A stretch of 62,865 nt of DNA, counting the filler, from Rhabdomonas costata (lineage: Eukaryota): the NCBI GenBank assembly GCA_019059605.1. It is 41 parts of 41 records of this genome, joined end to end, with 100 filler letters (N's around TTAATTAATTAA, not from the genome) between each part and the next. Parts side by side here need not be neighbours in the genome. Positions count along the whole stretch, not along the records: positions 38,406 to 39,841 come from JAHMHO010016015.1; positions 39,942 to 41,377 come from JAHMHO010016016.1; positions 41,478 to 42,909 come from JAHMHO010016017.1; positions 43,010 to 44,446 come from JAHMHO010016018.1; positions 44,547 to 45,983 come from JAHMHO010016019.1; positions 46,084 to 47,519 come from JAHMHO010016020.1; positions 47,620 to 49,055 come from JAHMHO010016021.1; positions 49,156 to 50,590 come from JAHMHO010016022.1; 33 more parts are not named here. The stretch is one strand, 5' to 3'. Within the stretch, counting starts at the first letter, position 1; every line of letters starts with the position of its first letter. The translations under genes and the position numbers were made by a program. Positions 39,060 to 50,500 of this stretch are shown in pieces. A model generated the notes under the pieces. It was not told the origin of the DNA, made no database searches, and saw only the letters and a list, made by a program, of their open reading frames with translations.

Positions 39060-39690
39060 ATGTAATAATTATCAGGCCTCCCCAGCTCTCCGCCTTTCCG
39101 CCTAAGACTCACAAACATTGGTATCCCGTAGGCTATACGGACGGATATGCCGAAAAAGATTAACCCTTGCGCAAGCAAACAGTGATACACTGGAACCTGA
39201 AAAGCAATGTACACAAGGTGAGGCAAAAATCAAAAAACCGCAGATGAGATACCAACCGCAGATGAGATAACGAATTCCCAGGAGGCCCCTGAGCCGAACT
39301 GAACCCCCCCAAAACATACATAATCACACATTGCAAGCCCCAACATGCCTCCACCCAATATGACAGTCAAGAAAATGTGTGGCTTTGAGATATTTAGTGC
39401 TCTTCACGGTTCGGCAGTCCAATGAAGGAGAAAATCTGTGCAGGGGCTGTTCTGTGCAACGCCTCACAGCAGTGAAGGGAAGCAACTGGTTTCGAATCGT
39501 CCGTTTGCAGCACTGCCGCACTGGGGAATTGATGCAAAAACTCGAGATGTAGGTGCGTGGGCGGGCCGGAGAGGAATAGTTGCGCCCATGGGAATTCTTC
39601 TTCTTCTCCTTCTGAGATTGACATGCCCCTCAGGGACCGTCATGAAACATCACGCCAACACACCTCCAGGCTTTGACTAATAGAAAAGCT
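39060..39690 (-). mobile_element. Very decayed LINE-type (L1/RTE-like) reverse transcriptase relic
   Basis: Degenerate motifs in the expected order: LLVKAWRCV (~39670; cf. KAFDxV), GEEEEFPWAQLF (~39600; cf. GxxQGxPLSPxLF), LQTDD (~39500; cf. YADD), FSFIGLPN (~39420; cf. FxxxGLxxN), MYVLG (~39315; cf. KYLG), LRRKGGELGRPD (~39085; cf. LPxxxGGLGxPD). Confidence 0.4.
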
Positions 39691-40287
39691 GGGGGAAATT
39701 TTATCCACCACCGCAGACACACCACAAATAAAAAAAGCCTAAGGAACAAGGACACACAGAAAATACGCAGGATTCTTACTGTTACAAAATTGCAGGTGCG
39801 TTTGTGTGCACTTCGTGCACTGTGGAGCATAACAACCCACCNNNNNNNNNNNNNNNNNNNNNNNNNNNNNNNNNNNNNNNNNNNNTTAATTAATTAANNN
39901 NNNNNNNNNNNNNNNNNNNNNNNNNNNNNNNNNNNNNNNNNTGTGGGGGGGTTAACGGGTTTCGAAATTTGGAACTCGAAATTTGGAACTTCTGTAAATT
40001 GCTGTGATTGCGTGTGTGTACGTGCCATTTTTGCTGCCGCGCTGCTGGTGTTCAAACCCTTACTTGCAGCATCTAAATCCCAAATTGTGATGGGGTTGGC
40101 AAAAGCCCGTAAGCAGCTGCTCTCGCAACCGGTGCAGATACAGCTTGCTTCGGCACAGTGCCATCCGAACGAGTTCATCAGTAATAGTGCACCACTTAGC
40201 ACTGGTGCCATCCCCTCGTCGTTCCCAGTGGCCACGGGGAGCGCTATTGCGGCAGCGGGGACGGCCTGAGAGGCTCCTCGGAGTACC

Positions 40288-40785
40288 CTGAGGCAATCCC
40301 AGAGCGGCCGTGGTGAAGGGCATCGTCAGGCAGCGCCGGGGCCTGCGCGAGGTCAAGACCATGGAACTGCCTTTGTGCGAGCCGCCGCAGGGCCACCGAG
40401 GCATCAGAGAGACTGACCTGTGCCACCGCAGTGCTCGCCACTACAAGCTCTGCACAAGTGGAAGAGAGCGAGGAGAGTACGGAGGATAACTCTGCGTTCC
40501 CCCGAATGCACAAACGATGCATAACCCCGAACGATGTGCAGTATCATACACTCCAGCCGGGGGGTTCGATCCTTTTGGGCTGCTCTCCGCCAACAACAAA
40601 GGAGAGATGAGGGAGGAACGTGGAAGGGGAAGCAGGGGCTGCCCTGTGCTTTGTGGGGATCCTGCGCTGGCAAAGGGGTTGGCAAGGGTACCCCGGCCTC
40701 GTGCCCAGGGGGCGGCAGCTCGGCGGTCACGCGGCTGATGATAGCGGGGTGGCGGAGCAGAGCCCGCAGGTCCAGCTCCAGGCTC
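40288..40785 (-). CDS. Putative exons of an unknown protein
   Basis: Two GC-rich segments after AG acceptors: LELDLRALLRHPAIISRVTAELPPPGHEAG (~40785-40692) and ELVVASTAVAQVSLSDASVALRRLAQRQFHGLDLAQ... (~40449-40288). Boundaries approximate. Confidence 0.4.
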
Positions 40786-41762
40786 GCGGAAGAGCACAGC
40801 AATGAGAGACCTAATAGTATAGCCGAAGCGGAAAACGATGAATTGTGGTGGTGAACCATCGATTACTAAATTCGGATATAATTCAGGCGTGGGCGGCCAC
40901 CTGTCACAGGGGCTGGTCTCATCTTCGGAGAATCAACACCAAAAGAAACACCACAACCAGGCCTTTCCTGCTCCCGCAAATGCATCACTTCTCCTCTCAG
41001 ATAGCAGGGTCTGCTCGTCCGCGATGCCGCGAGCCAGAAACATCGTGTGCGTGTGGGCAAAAATCATAAATCATGACCGGATACGGCACATCCACGCGTG
41101 CGGTGAATGCAAAGCACACCCTCCTCTTCAGGAAGAAGTCCTGCCAGGAGCTCCACGGGGGTGACCACAGGCTTGTGATACTCACTGAAATCTAAGAAAA
41201 AAACAGCAAACTGCGCACCACACCGCGGCTGCAAGCCTGACACCGCAATCCAGAAATCACAGGAGTTTGTGACCCCAGTGAATCCGCTTGTATACATCAC
41301 CGTATTTCCACAATGGGATGTCACTCCAAATATGAAACTTCCGCTTCCAAACCAAACTCTTCAACAACCAACCCACANNNNNNNNNNNNNNNNNNNNNNN
41401 NNNNNNNNNNNNNNNNNNNNNTTAATTAATTAANNNNNNNNNNNNNNNNNNNNNNNNNNNNNNNNNNNNNNNNNNNNCTCCAAGGCAATCGACCCGTTTG
41501 TTCATATTTGCCCCATGTCGTACCTGCTGCCGATCGGCATACTCATACTAATTTGAGCTCGACTGATACTAAACAATCAAAAGGCCATTATTCCCGAAAC
41601 GTCTGTCCCAACCACATCCTCTGCAAGCACAGGGACCTGCAGTTGCTGCCCGGGTCACCGTGTCGTTGCACACTGTCGCGTTTAACTAAACGCCGCGATC
41701 CTAGCAGTGGGATTGAAACCAATCGCCCGCCCATGCCCAGGCGACCCTGGCCAGAAAAACAC

Positions 41763-42115
41763 CGTCCAAGCCAGCGAGCCCTCCACGCTCAGCACGTTGG
41801 ACAGGGTCAGCGGCCTCCACACGGCGTAGGCCTCAGCGAAGGAGTCCAGCACCCGCCCGTGGCTCCGAAAGTACAACGACTCCGCCAAGTTGAGCTGATG
41901 ACCAAGCTGCACCTTAGAGGCGATCATGTTCATCACACTTCGCGCGGCCTCCTGCATGTCAACCTGAGCAATGTCCCGCAGGCTCTGCTGGCTTTGAACG
42001 TAGGTCAGGTAGAACCCCAGGAACCCGCGGTGAACATCAGAGCAATGAAGGAGACCGTCAGCAGTACTTTCAGGGAGAGGAGGTGGGCGACGGAATTGCG
42101 ACAGCTCGCAGGCAT
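41763..42115 (-). CDS. First exon of a transmembrane sensor-type protein (receptor nucleotide cyclase-like N-terminus) containing a 1-nt frameshift
   Basis: CTCCTCACAG acceptor 22 nt before the ATG at 42115. MPASCRNSVAHLLSLKVLLTVSFIALMFTAG continues, if one G is restored at 42024-42026, as FLGFYLTYVQSQQSLRDIAQVDMQEAARSVMNMI...SLAWT|GT, i.e. a TM helix followed by a long amphipathic helix. Family is inferred only. Confidence 0.6.
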
Positions 42116-44002
42116 TTTTGGGATTTGGGATAGACGGCTGTGAGGAGGAGAATAAGTGCGACAACTGGATCCTCGCATAAACGCAACACCAGTCAAGTCA
42201 TGGTATATCTGGGGAGATTTTCCAATCGATTGATTCTCGAGAAAAGGTTCACATAGCATTACTGAGATACGGAACCCGACTGACCACAGAACGTGGAACC
42301 ACCTGCACGAGGTGACCCACGAGCTGCCTTGGTGCTTGATGCAGGATGGTCTAAACAGAAAAGCTTGTACATCTAAGGGGACGAAAGGCCCGCAAACAGA
42401 CGACGATGTATGTTTGCGTAATGTACGACGGTGTTTGTTAACTTCGCTGAAAGGTGGAAAAGTTGTTACGTGGACAGGTGTTAATGGATAGTAAATCCCA
42501 CTCCTTTCAGCATTCTTGCTTCTTGTGCTTACTTTTCAGGGATACAACGACGTTCTCAACATGTGTGGGTGACCATTACTGCAGTTTAGTTTTCCCACTT
42601 GTGAGATCACCCCGGCCAAAAATGGATATCAAAACTGTTGTCTGAACCAAAACATTTCTGCTACCACAGAACTGCATCAACCATATCTCAGCCCCAGAAA
42701 GAGACTTCCGTGACACAGTGGGTGAAATGTTGCCAGCACACAGTCCACCCAGCTCCTGTTCACGTCAGCAAGTGTCCAATCTTGCTACAAAGCCCATCAC
42801 CGCCATCCCACTCCCCACCACACGCACTTCTGTACAAGCAGAGAGAGAGAGATGGGTACGAGAGAGGTAAGAGAGGTACGGGCAACACAAAACCAAACAC
42901 ACCCACCACNNNNNNNNNNNNNNNNNNNNNNNNNNNNNNNNNNNNNNNNNNNNTTAATTAATTAANNNNNNNNNNNNNNNNNNNNNNNNNNNNNNNNNNN
43001 NNNNNNNNNGGGGTTGGTGGTACGAGTAGGGGACGCCTTCTGTTGGGTGGGCAGGGCACAGCCTTTCATTTCTTTCCACAGTGCTGGCCACCGTCCGCCT
43101 TGGCGCTGCCCAAACTGCTTGCTAGCCAGCTGGGTCCGGGGTGGGCCAGTGCAAGCCCACTTTCCCTGATCAGACGAAGTTATTATTTATCATTCCTTAG
43201 TGTCGCTGGACCTTTGGTCGTCATAACTTGTTATAACTTCTCCTCGTGGTCCCACAGGTAGCTTTGCCATCTGCTCACTGCGTTCGCAACTGGAATGTGG
43301 TTTCGAACCCCCCGGGCACTTCCGCTATGTCGGTCTATTTGTCCTGATTGTTAGGACTATCTAGGTATCTTGCAAGTCCTAGCCCCCATCCCAGCTGGGC
43401 CGTCCTTTTAGGAGCTCCCTGCTGAAGCATGTTTTGTGTGTAGTGTTCGTGCATTGCTTTTTTCAACCTTCGTGCTGCTGTAGGAGTGCGCCTTTTTTTT
43501 CCACCTTTCGCATTCCCTTGCCTTGGTCATCCCCCACCCTTGCTTTTGCTCCCTCTGAAGAACACACAGAAACAGTGCCACTGTGCAGGATTCTGGGAGC
43601 TGAGTGAGGCCTTTCGCAATGGGGACACGCTGCTGCTGTTGTATGAGTTTCGAATTTTCACCTCACCTGCCATTCCCATTTTCGGTGGATATTTTGGCTA
43701 TCCGGTGGGTAATTTTTGCATAGTTCCCCGTCACAAGTATGCTCTTGTCCTTGACTTGTTTTTATAATGGATTGTTTTCAGGCGTGTCCCTCGATCTGTC
43801 AGCCAACCAGCCAGCCAAAGGCCAGCTCGCAACCCCCCATCCCTCTGCCGATAGTCTCGCGGGTGACAAGTACAATCGCGGAGTGAATTGAAGTACAATC
43901 GCAGAAGGACTGCTGTGCCGAAAGAATACACTTTGGTTTGTTCGCGCCTATGCCATTCGGGGGTATAGTTGCCGTTGAGGTGATCGGGCAAGATTGGAAA
44001 TA

Positions 44003-44004
<2 letters not shown>

Positions 44005-44038
<34 letters not shown>
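44005..44038. repeat. (GA)17 microsatellite
   Basis: Directly visible. Confidence 0.95.
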
Positions 44039-44040
<2 letters not shown>

Positions 44041-44818
44041 CCGGTGCATTGCTCCCTTGGTCTCGCCCTCCAACCATGCACCGGCCGTTTCCTCTTTCAA
44101 CTCCTTGCAGATATTTCTACCACTGTTGTTAGTTGGCTGTCTGTCTGTTGAATGTGAGAACTTCCCTCCTGAGGTTTCCGTTCTTATTCCTGCGCCAATG
44201 GCACTGACGACCCCCCGCTCAACTGTGCTGCCATTATGATTTTGCAGACTTATAATTGTTGCCCAAGAAAATGTTCCTCTCGGTAGATACCCCGTTAATA
44301 AAGAACGTTTCGGACGAGAGCAAAGCCATACACCCCCGCGGTCGTTTATCGAAAGCTTCGTGCATTTTCCCACAGCTTTTTACGGTTCGTTTGTTACGGT
44401 GCTAACCGACAGCATTCAGATTTCACTATAAAGGTCCCCCAACAAANNNNNNNNNNNNNNNNNNNNNNNNNNNNNNNNNNNNNNNNNNNNTTAATTAATT
44501 AANNNNNNNNNNNNNNNNNNNNNNNNNNNNNNNNNNNNNNNNNNNNGTTGGGGGGGTGGTGCTACTTCCCGGCCGGTGTGTATGTGTGTGTCTGTGTGTG
44601 TGGTTTGCTGCGACTCCCTACTATGCCAGCGTCTTGAAGTACCCGACCCCTCTCATCGCTAATCCCAAACTCGAGTCCCACGCTTCAGCAAACCGCTGTC
44701 TTCATCACACGTGAAACTTCCCCCGAGAAAACAAAAGGATGTTAATTCATCCGCACAAATCAGTTAATGCTCATCATACTCTCTCTATCTCTCTGTCGAT
44801 GTCATGTCTCTCGTGCAG

Positions 44819-45711
44819 GAACAAGGCACAGTCAGTTTGCCTCCCCACGGCACAGGCTTGTGTTACAAATGGGCTCAGCCTGCCCAATGTCAGGTGGGCC
44901 CAAAGAAGTCCCTGTAAGCATCCTAGCTCCACGCCGAGTCAAGTGTATTTTTTTCCTTTTAGAATTTTTCTTGTGCGTAGGCACTACGCCTTCAAGCTCA
45001 AGCCTAGCGCTGCCGCAGCCCCGGGCAGCCTGCCCTCCCTGTTGGTCCGCGCTCTGGACTTCGAAGGCAGTAAAAGCCCGCTCACCGTGGTCTGACACCC
45101 CCCGTGGCAAAGGCTGCAGGAGTCCCTCGTGGAGGTCTCCGGCATTCCCAAGGTCTGTGTGCGCTGCGCACCTTGCCTGCCTGCGTCGCTGCGTCGCTAA
45201 CCAGCATCTCCTCAAAAAGTAGCTAACTCTCGCCCTTTTGCCACGGACCTGCTTTCAGCTTCGCTCAGATGAATTCCTTAGAACCATTCGGACCGTCCCT
45301 TTTCTATTTTGCGCTGCTGGCCGATGGGCCAAGTGCTCAACACATTCTTGCGTGTGCTGAGTGTCTGTTTGTCGTGGTGGCAAATAAGAACAAAATGTTA
45401 AGGCAGTTTTGGTGAACTCGGTGTTCGCAAAAGGTATGACTTTTCTGTATCTGAAGGCACTTTAGATTGTGTGTGTGTGTGTGTGTGTGTGTGTTTGTTT
45501 AGGTGTGTATATCTGAAATATGTTTCCATGGGATACAGCCTCTCTTTTTGTCTTTAGGTCATTCTGAGGGGGTTGCACTTCGAGGGCTCCGCGGTGGGTA
45601 TCAGCGGTGGCGAGGGCTGCGCCGTGGCCATGGAGGGCTGCACCTTTGCCAACGTGGACCGCCTCACGGAGGGCGGCGAAGTACTTCTGGACCAGCCCCG
45701 CGTTTCCATGA
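44819..45711 (+). CDS. Protein with right-handed beta-helix-like repeats, 4 exons (44819-44893, 44981-45089, 45120-45152, 45558-~45711)
   Basis: Phase-consistent GT-AG chain: ...GLSLPNVR|HYAFKLKP...SKSPLTV|ESLVEVSGIPK|VILRGLHFEGSAVGISGGEGCAVAMEGCTFANV. VxLxGLxF and xxEGCTF are typical PbH1 rungs. Confidence 0.6.
45468..45493. repeat. (TG)13 intronic microsatellite
   Basis: Directly visible. Confidence 0.95.
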
Positions 45712-46299
45712 GTACACCTGCGCAGAAGTACACAGCGCTCTTTCACTTAATCACTCACTTGCACCTTCCGCTAACTCACTCAGTTCTAGTCAATTTCCTG
45801 GAAGAAAAATCCACGCTTTCTCCTGCCCTCCAGCCCTGTCCACTCTTTGCAGTGTACCGTTTCTCTCTCACCTCCTATTCGTGTGCAGGATGGCCCTTGC
45901 GCGGAGGCCCACCCGGTATGTCTCCCCATTGCTTGGGTACGGTGCAGCGGTGGTCTTCGCCGCCGCGGCAACTGCGGGGGTGGNNNNNNNNNNNNNNNNN
46001 NNNNNNNNNNNNNNNNNNNNNNNNNNNTTAATTAATTAANNNNNNNNNNNNNNNNNNNNNNNNNNNNNNNNNNNNNNNNNNNNTGTGTTTTGGGGAAGAC
46101 GATGATGTTGCACGAGGTCCACCGTTTGGCCACAGAGTGTGCCTTGGAAGCCGAGTCTGGCCACGTGCTTCTTGTACGCTTTGCTCATCGTTGCTCTTGC
46201 TCTTGGGCATGCCATCAGCAGAAATGGCCGTGCTGTGCGCGGTTGCGGGCGCTTGTGGTCCTGTGAAAAGAGTTAGTATCAAAGTGCGAAGCCAGTGCC

Positions 46300-46776
46300 G
46301 TCTCGCAGAAGCAAGCCTCGACACAAGGAATGTTGGCTCTCTCCCGTGTCTGTTTGTGAAGGCATGAAACCGGACCAGTAACACCAGCCAACTCGTTGTG
46401 CCCTCAGCTCGAACTTACACCCGTACATACGCATATGCTGCGCAAGCATAGCTTTTTAGTTCTTCTCTACTTGATTGTCACACCTGGGGTTAGGGCAGCA
46501 CGGAAGAGCTCCACGGCCAGACCCCCTTCCACATGTGTCTCCCGCAAAAGCAAGCCCCGACACAAGGAAGGTTGGCTCTATCCCGTGTCTGTTTGTGAAG
46601 GCATGAAACCGGACCAGTAACACCAGCCAACTCGCTGTGCCCTCAGCTCAAACATACACACGTACATACGCACTTGCTGCGCAAGCATAGCTTTTTAGTT
46701 CTTATCCACTTGCTTCTCACACCTGGGGTTAGGGCAGCACGGAAGAGCTCCACGGCCAAACCCCCTTCCACATGTG
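46300..46776 (+). repeat. Tandem duplication of ~239 bp spanning an intron end, splice acceptor and exon start
   Basis: Approximately 46300-46537 and 46538-46776 are near-identical, e.g. TCCCGTGTCTGTTTGTGAAGGCATGAAACCGGACCAGTAACACCAGCCAACTCG and CACCTGGGGTTAGGGCAGCACGGAAGAGCTCCACGGCCA each occur twice, with scattered substitutions elsewhere. Confidence 0.95.
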
Positions 46777-47519
46777 GAGGCCTGTGCTGCTGAACCTGCT
46801 GGAACAATACCTCGAGCAGGGGGATGCTGTGCTGGTGGAGGTTCTGGTTGGGCGGCTGAAGCCCACAATCCCAAGCATCAAGAAGTCCCTGGCCCTGCTG
46901 AACACCCTACTGAAGTATTTCCGTTTCTTCTCTTCGACGAAGTTCACTTGAGTTCACACAAGTTCCACTCGTCTCCACTCCAGGGTGAACTGAAGTACTA
47001 TGCTCGTCTCTTCGCCTCAGTTTTTCCGCTGTGCTCTTCTCTTCCTGGTAGCTTCTATCGTGCAGCACCTCTTCTCTCAAGGGTTGTGGTTTTTCAGGCT
47101 TTGCGTCACTATGAAAAGACCAGCTTTCGTGCTAACGGTGTGCTTTTGTCTGAACGTCGAGTGGGCAAAAGAGAAAGATCACTTCATTTGTATATTTTTG
47201 GTATGTTTTTTTTAATTTGCCTCCCATGGTTTCCTCCGGAAGCCGCCTAAAAAAGGAAATCGGCATCCGGCATCCTTGCACCTTTTGTCAGAAAAAGCAT
47301 AACGAATACCTTCCTGACAATAAATCCTGTCCATTCTTTCCAAGGTTCACGTTTACTCTCTGTCTGTGTGCCCTTCAGCACCACGTTTCCGGGGGACCTC
47401 GGCGGGACTGGGCCTTACCGAAGCATCAACTTTGACGACCTCACCGCGCACATCCTGTGCGAGCTGCTGTGGGCAGAGGCCCACGCGGCACCGCCGCTGG
47501 TGATCCTCCTGGACAACCC
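46733..47519 (+). CDS. sAC/STAND-like AAA ATPase fragment (region before and including Walker B), exons 46733-46914 and 47379-47519
   Basis: GSTEELHGQTPFHMWRPVLLNLL...SLALLNTLLN|TTFPGD...ELLWAEAHAAPPLVILLDN. PFxxWRxv, LxLLNxxL and the Walker B PLVILLDN follow the AAA_16 layout; phase-2 GT-AG intron. Confidence 0.72.
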
Positions 47520-50500
47520 NNNNNNNNNNNNNNNNNNNNNNNNNNNNNNNNNNNNNNNNNNNNTTAATTAATTAANNNNNNNNNNNNNNNNNNNNNNNNN
47601 NNNNNNNNNNNNNNNNNNNCATCGTCCCCGGGGTATGGGTGATTTTCCAGCAGAAAAACGATTGCGGCGATGATAAGAAATTTCGGATCAAAGGGAGTTT
47701 AAATGGAAAAAATGGCCCTATGTCAACGGAGGAGGTCAGTGGTCGATTTCTTCTGCATCACGTTTTCCCCGTTTTATCAAATATAATTTGAACGCTTTTC
47801 TGCGCACGCAGAATTCGTTCTTTCCCTGCCAGACGCCGCGGGCACACCGCGCAGAGAGAGAGAGAGGAGGGAGGGAAGGTGTAATCCTGCGGCAAGTTCT
47901 CAACGGAAGTGCGGCCCTAAGACTGGACCTAAGACTGGCAGCAGATCTCGGCATCATTGGTATTCTGTTTCAGTCGCCTGTACAATAATGTGCAAATGCT
48001 ATGGTTTTGAGAGAGAGTGGGGTTCCTCAGTGCGAGGTGGCGTCTGGACCAGAGAGGAAAATGGTAAGGGCCTCTTCTATTTTTTTGTGGGGGGAACTAA
48101 ACTAGTGCTAAACTGAGCATAGCCCACCCTATCGACCATCCCAACCTACTCGCCCACTCCGGCAGCGCCGCAGACTGGGCTCCGTAACTCAAATGCACAT
48201 GTCCCATTTGTCTTTCATAGTCCAGCAACGACAAGGAGAGAGGGTCACCTTGCAGTTCCTCAAGTGGTCGTACCCGGTGCTGTTCTGGTGCACCGGGCCC
48301 TTCCGGGTCGACCTGCGGTCCGGCATTGGAGCGCACCCTCCCTCGTCACTTCACTCAGTCAGTACTGCACACGTGTGTGAACAGGGCTGGCGTGCAGCCC
48401 CCCCCCCCCAACTGCGCGGATGTTGAGGTAAGGCCGGAAGGTGGAAACAGTACCAAAAGGCGGGAAAGATAAACCCACCTAGAGAAGGGAAGGAAACACA
48501 GGCTGTGGATGAGGACGCAGACGGGGACAGCGATTATGTCAAGCCGGAGACTTCAAAGTATCCAAGGTGGCCAAGAGAGGCATGCTGTACACCCAGACGG
48601 GGACTTGTTACACATCGCCTGAGGTCTGGAAGGACATGCCGCATGGCATAATGACTATGCCTAAATAATCCACCGATACGGTTTCTGAAAAGCTGCTCTT
48701 TGGAATACGGGTGACCCGTTCCATTGGTGCAGTCTGGTCATGACTCTCGCCCGTCTCTGGTCCTTTCACAGATCTCGTTGCAGAATGAGAAAAGGTGAAA
48801 AGCGAAAACATACGGCAGGCTTTTAGGGTACTCCAGGGAACTACCAAACACCGCCAAAGGATGTGGATAAACCAACACAAGTCTTCGGGAGCATATTATT
48901 GAGACAAAGAAATCTCGTTCCCTGCTCAAACCTCCCCGCTAACTTGGAGCGAATTCGAACCAATGAAAGGTCCAATTTCCCGAACCCAATGATTCCTCAG
49001 ACAAAGTACGGCATCCACAAGGCTCAGAGCAGGATGTACGATGTACACACCCACANNNNNNNNNNNNNNNNNNNNNNNNNNNNNNNNNNNNNNNNNNNNT
49101 TAATTAATTAANNNNNNNNNNNNNNNNNNNNNNNNNNNNNNNNNNNNNNNNNNNNGTTGTTGTGGGGATCACTGTCCCGACTTTTGCTTTCTTGTGCTAT
49201 TGGCAAAGTGCAAGCTGGAGCTAGTAGGCATTGAAAAAGACACGAATGTCCAGTGTGTGGCACAATTAAAATGCACCACCAAAGACAGGGTAGAAGGTGT
49301 GCGAGGTGGGATAAACAACAGAACAACAAACCCTGAAAACAATCGATTTTTTTTCTAACAAAGCAAGCAAGATACAATGGGCCACGATGGGTGAAAGTGG
49401 AATCTTGGGCATATCAACCATGAAGAAGAGTAGGAAGGCTTCTTTTTCTTTCCTTTCTCTCCCTTTAACTTTTCCTTTCCAACAGCTTGAGGCTGAGTAA
49501 TCAAAGGCCGATGGCTCACTGGTCCGCGCATAGTCAAGAAGACCTTCCCTTAAGCTCTAGCCTCTTTAGTTTTTCCATCCCAAGTCCGCTTTCTGCCCAC
49601 ACACGCGCGTATGCGCAACTGCCCCCCAGACCCCAGTTGGCAAGCGCAGCAGCACATTTATTTTCTGTGCCTGGGAGCAAGAGCGCTGCCGAGAGCAAAC
49701 ATGGAGCGGAAGTGATTCCAGGCTGTTGCTGCGGATTACAAGCTTGGGGTTGTAGTTCAGTAATCGCCGCATCATGTTTAAGCCCACGAACTGTCGCTAT
49801 TAAATGCTGAGGCTCTCTCTACTGCATCATCAAATCTATTGCAACAAATGTGAACTTTCTATATGATGGGACGTTTTATGAAGATTACTTGGCCATCCTT
49901 TTCTATCACTTTCCGTACAATGATACGTGGTATATGGTGTATATTACTTTATGGAATGAAATAGAGGCGTCTCTCAGCAGCAGCCTCAGCATTGGCAACA
50001 CATATTTTCAGCCTGTGGCACCACAAAGCGACAGTTCCTAACCCCAGCATGTTAGCAGCCCAGTGTGCCCACCAAGAGAAGAGGTGCAGGATTTTCTTAT
50101 GGAGAAGGCGGCAACCTTCTAGTTAGTAGGAAGAAGAGACAGGGACCCAAATATGGCATCCCTTTCTCTTGCAACGGACATGGGGCTGTGGAGGCTGTGG
50201 ACATGGGACATGGGGAGTGCAGGCTGGCTGCCAGGGGGCGATGAGTCCCGCCTACCGATCTGTTGTCAATTCTTCCAATTGTCGGTGGATGTTGATGCAG
50301 GGATGCAGGGCGTTACGCGAAATCCCTACCCCGAAATTTTATTGGTTGGGGCCTTCCCCCTGTCACCCTGTCACATGCCGCGGGGTTCCGGCTCACCTCA
50401 AGATAGGCCAGGGTGCCCCCGGCAGCCCCGCGGGTCCAGGATTGAAGAAAAACGCGCATTCAATGACAAAGCAATTAGTGCGAAATGCAGTAATTGCAGA

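Noticed and set aside
41508..42143. 211-aa plus-strand ORF
   Set aside because: Antisense to the better-supported minus-strand TM protein exon.
45357..45366. CTGAGTGTCT matching part of the euglenid spliced leader
   Set aside because: Only 10 nt match; the following T-run and donor are absent, and it lies inside an intron.
48250..48315. Short GC-rich exon candidate
   Set aside because: Plausible splice sites and open frames exist on both strands; cannot assign.
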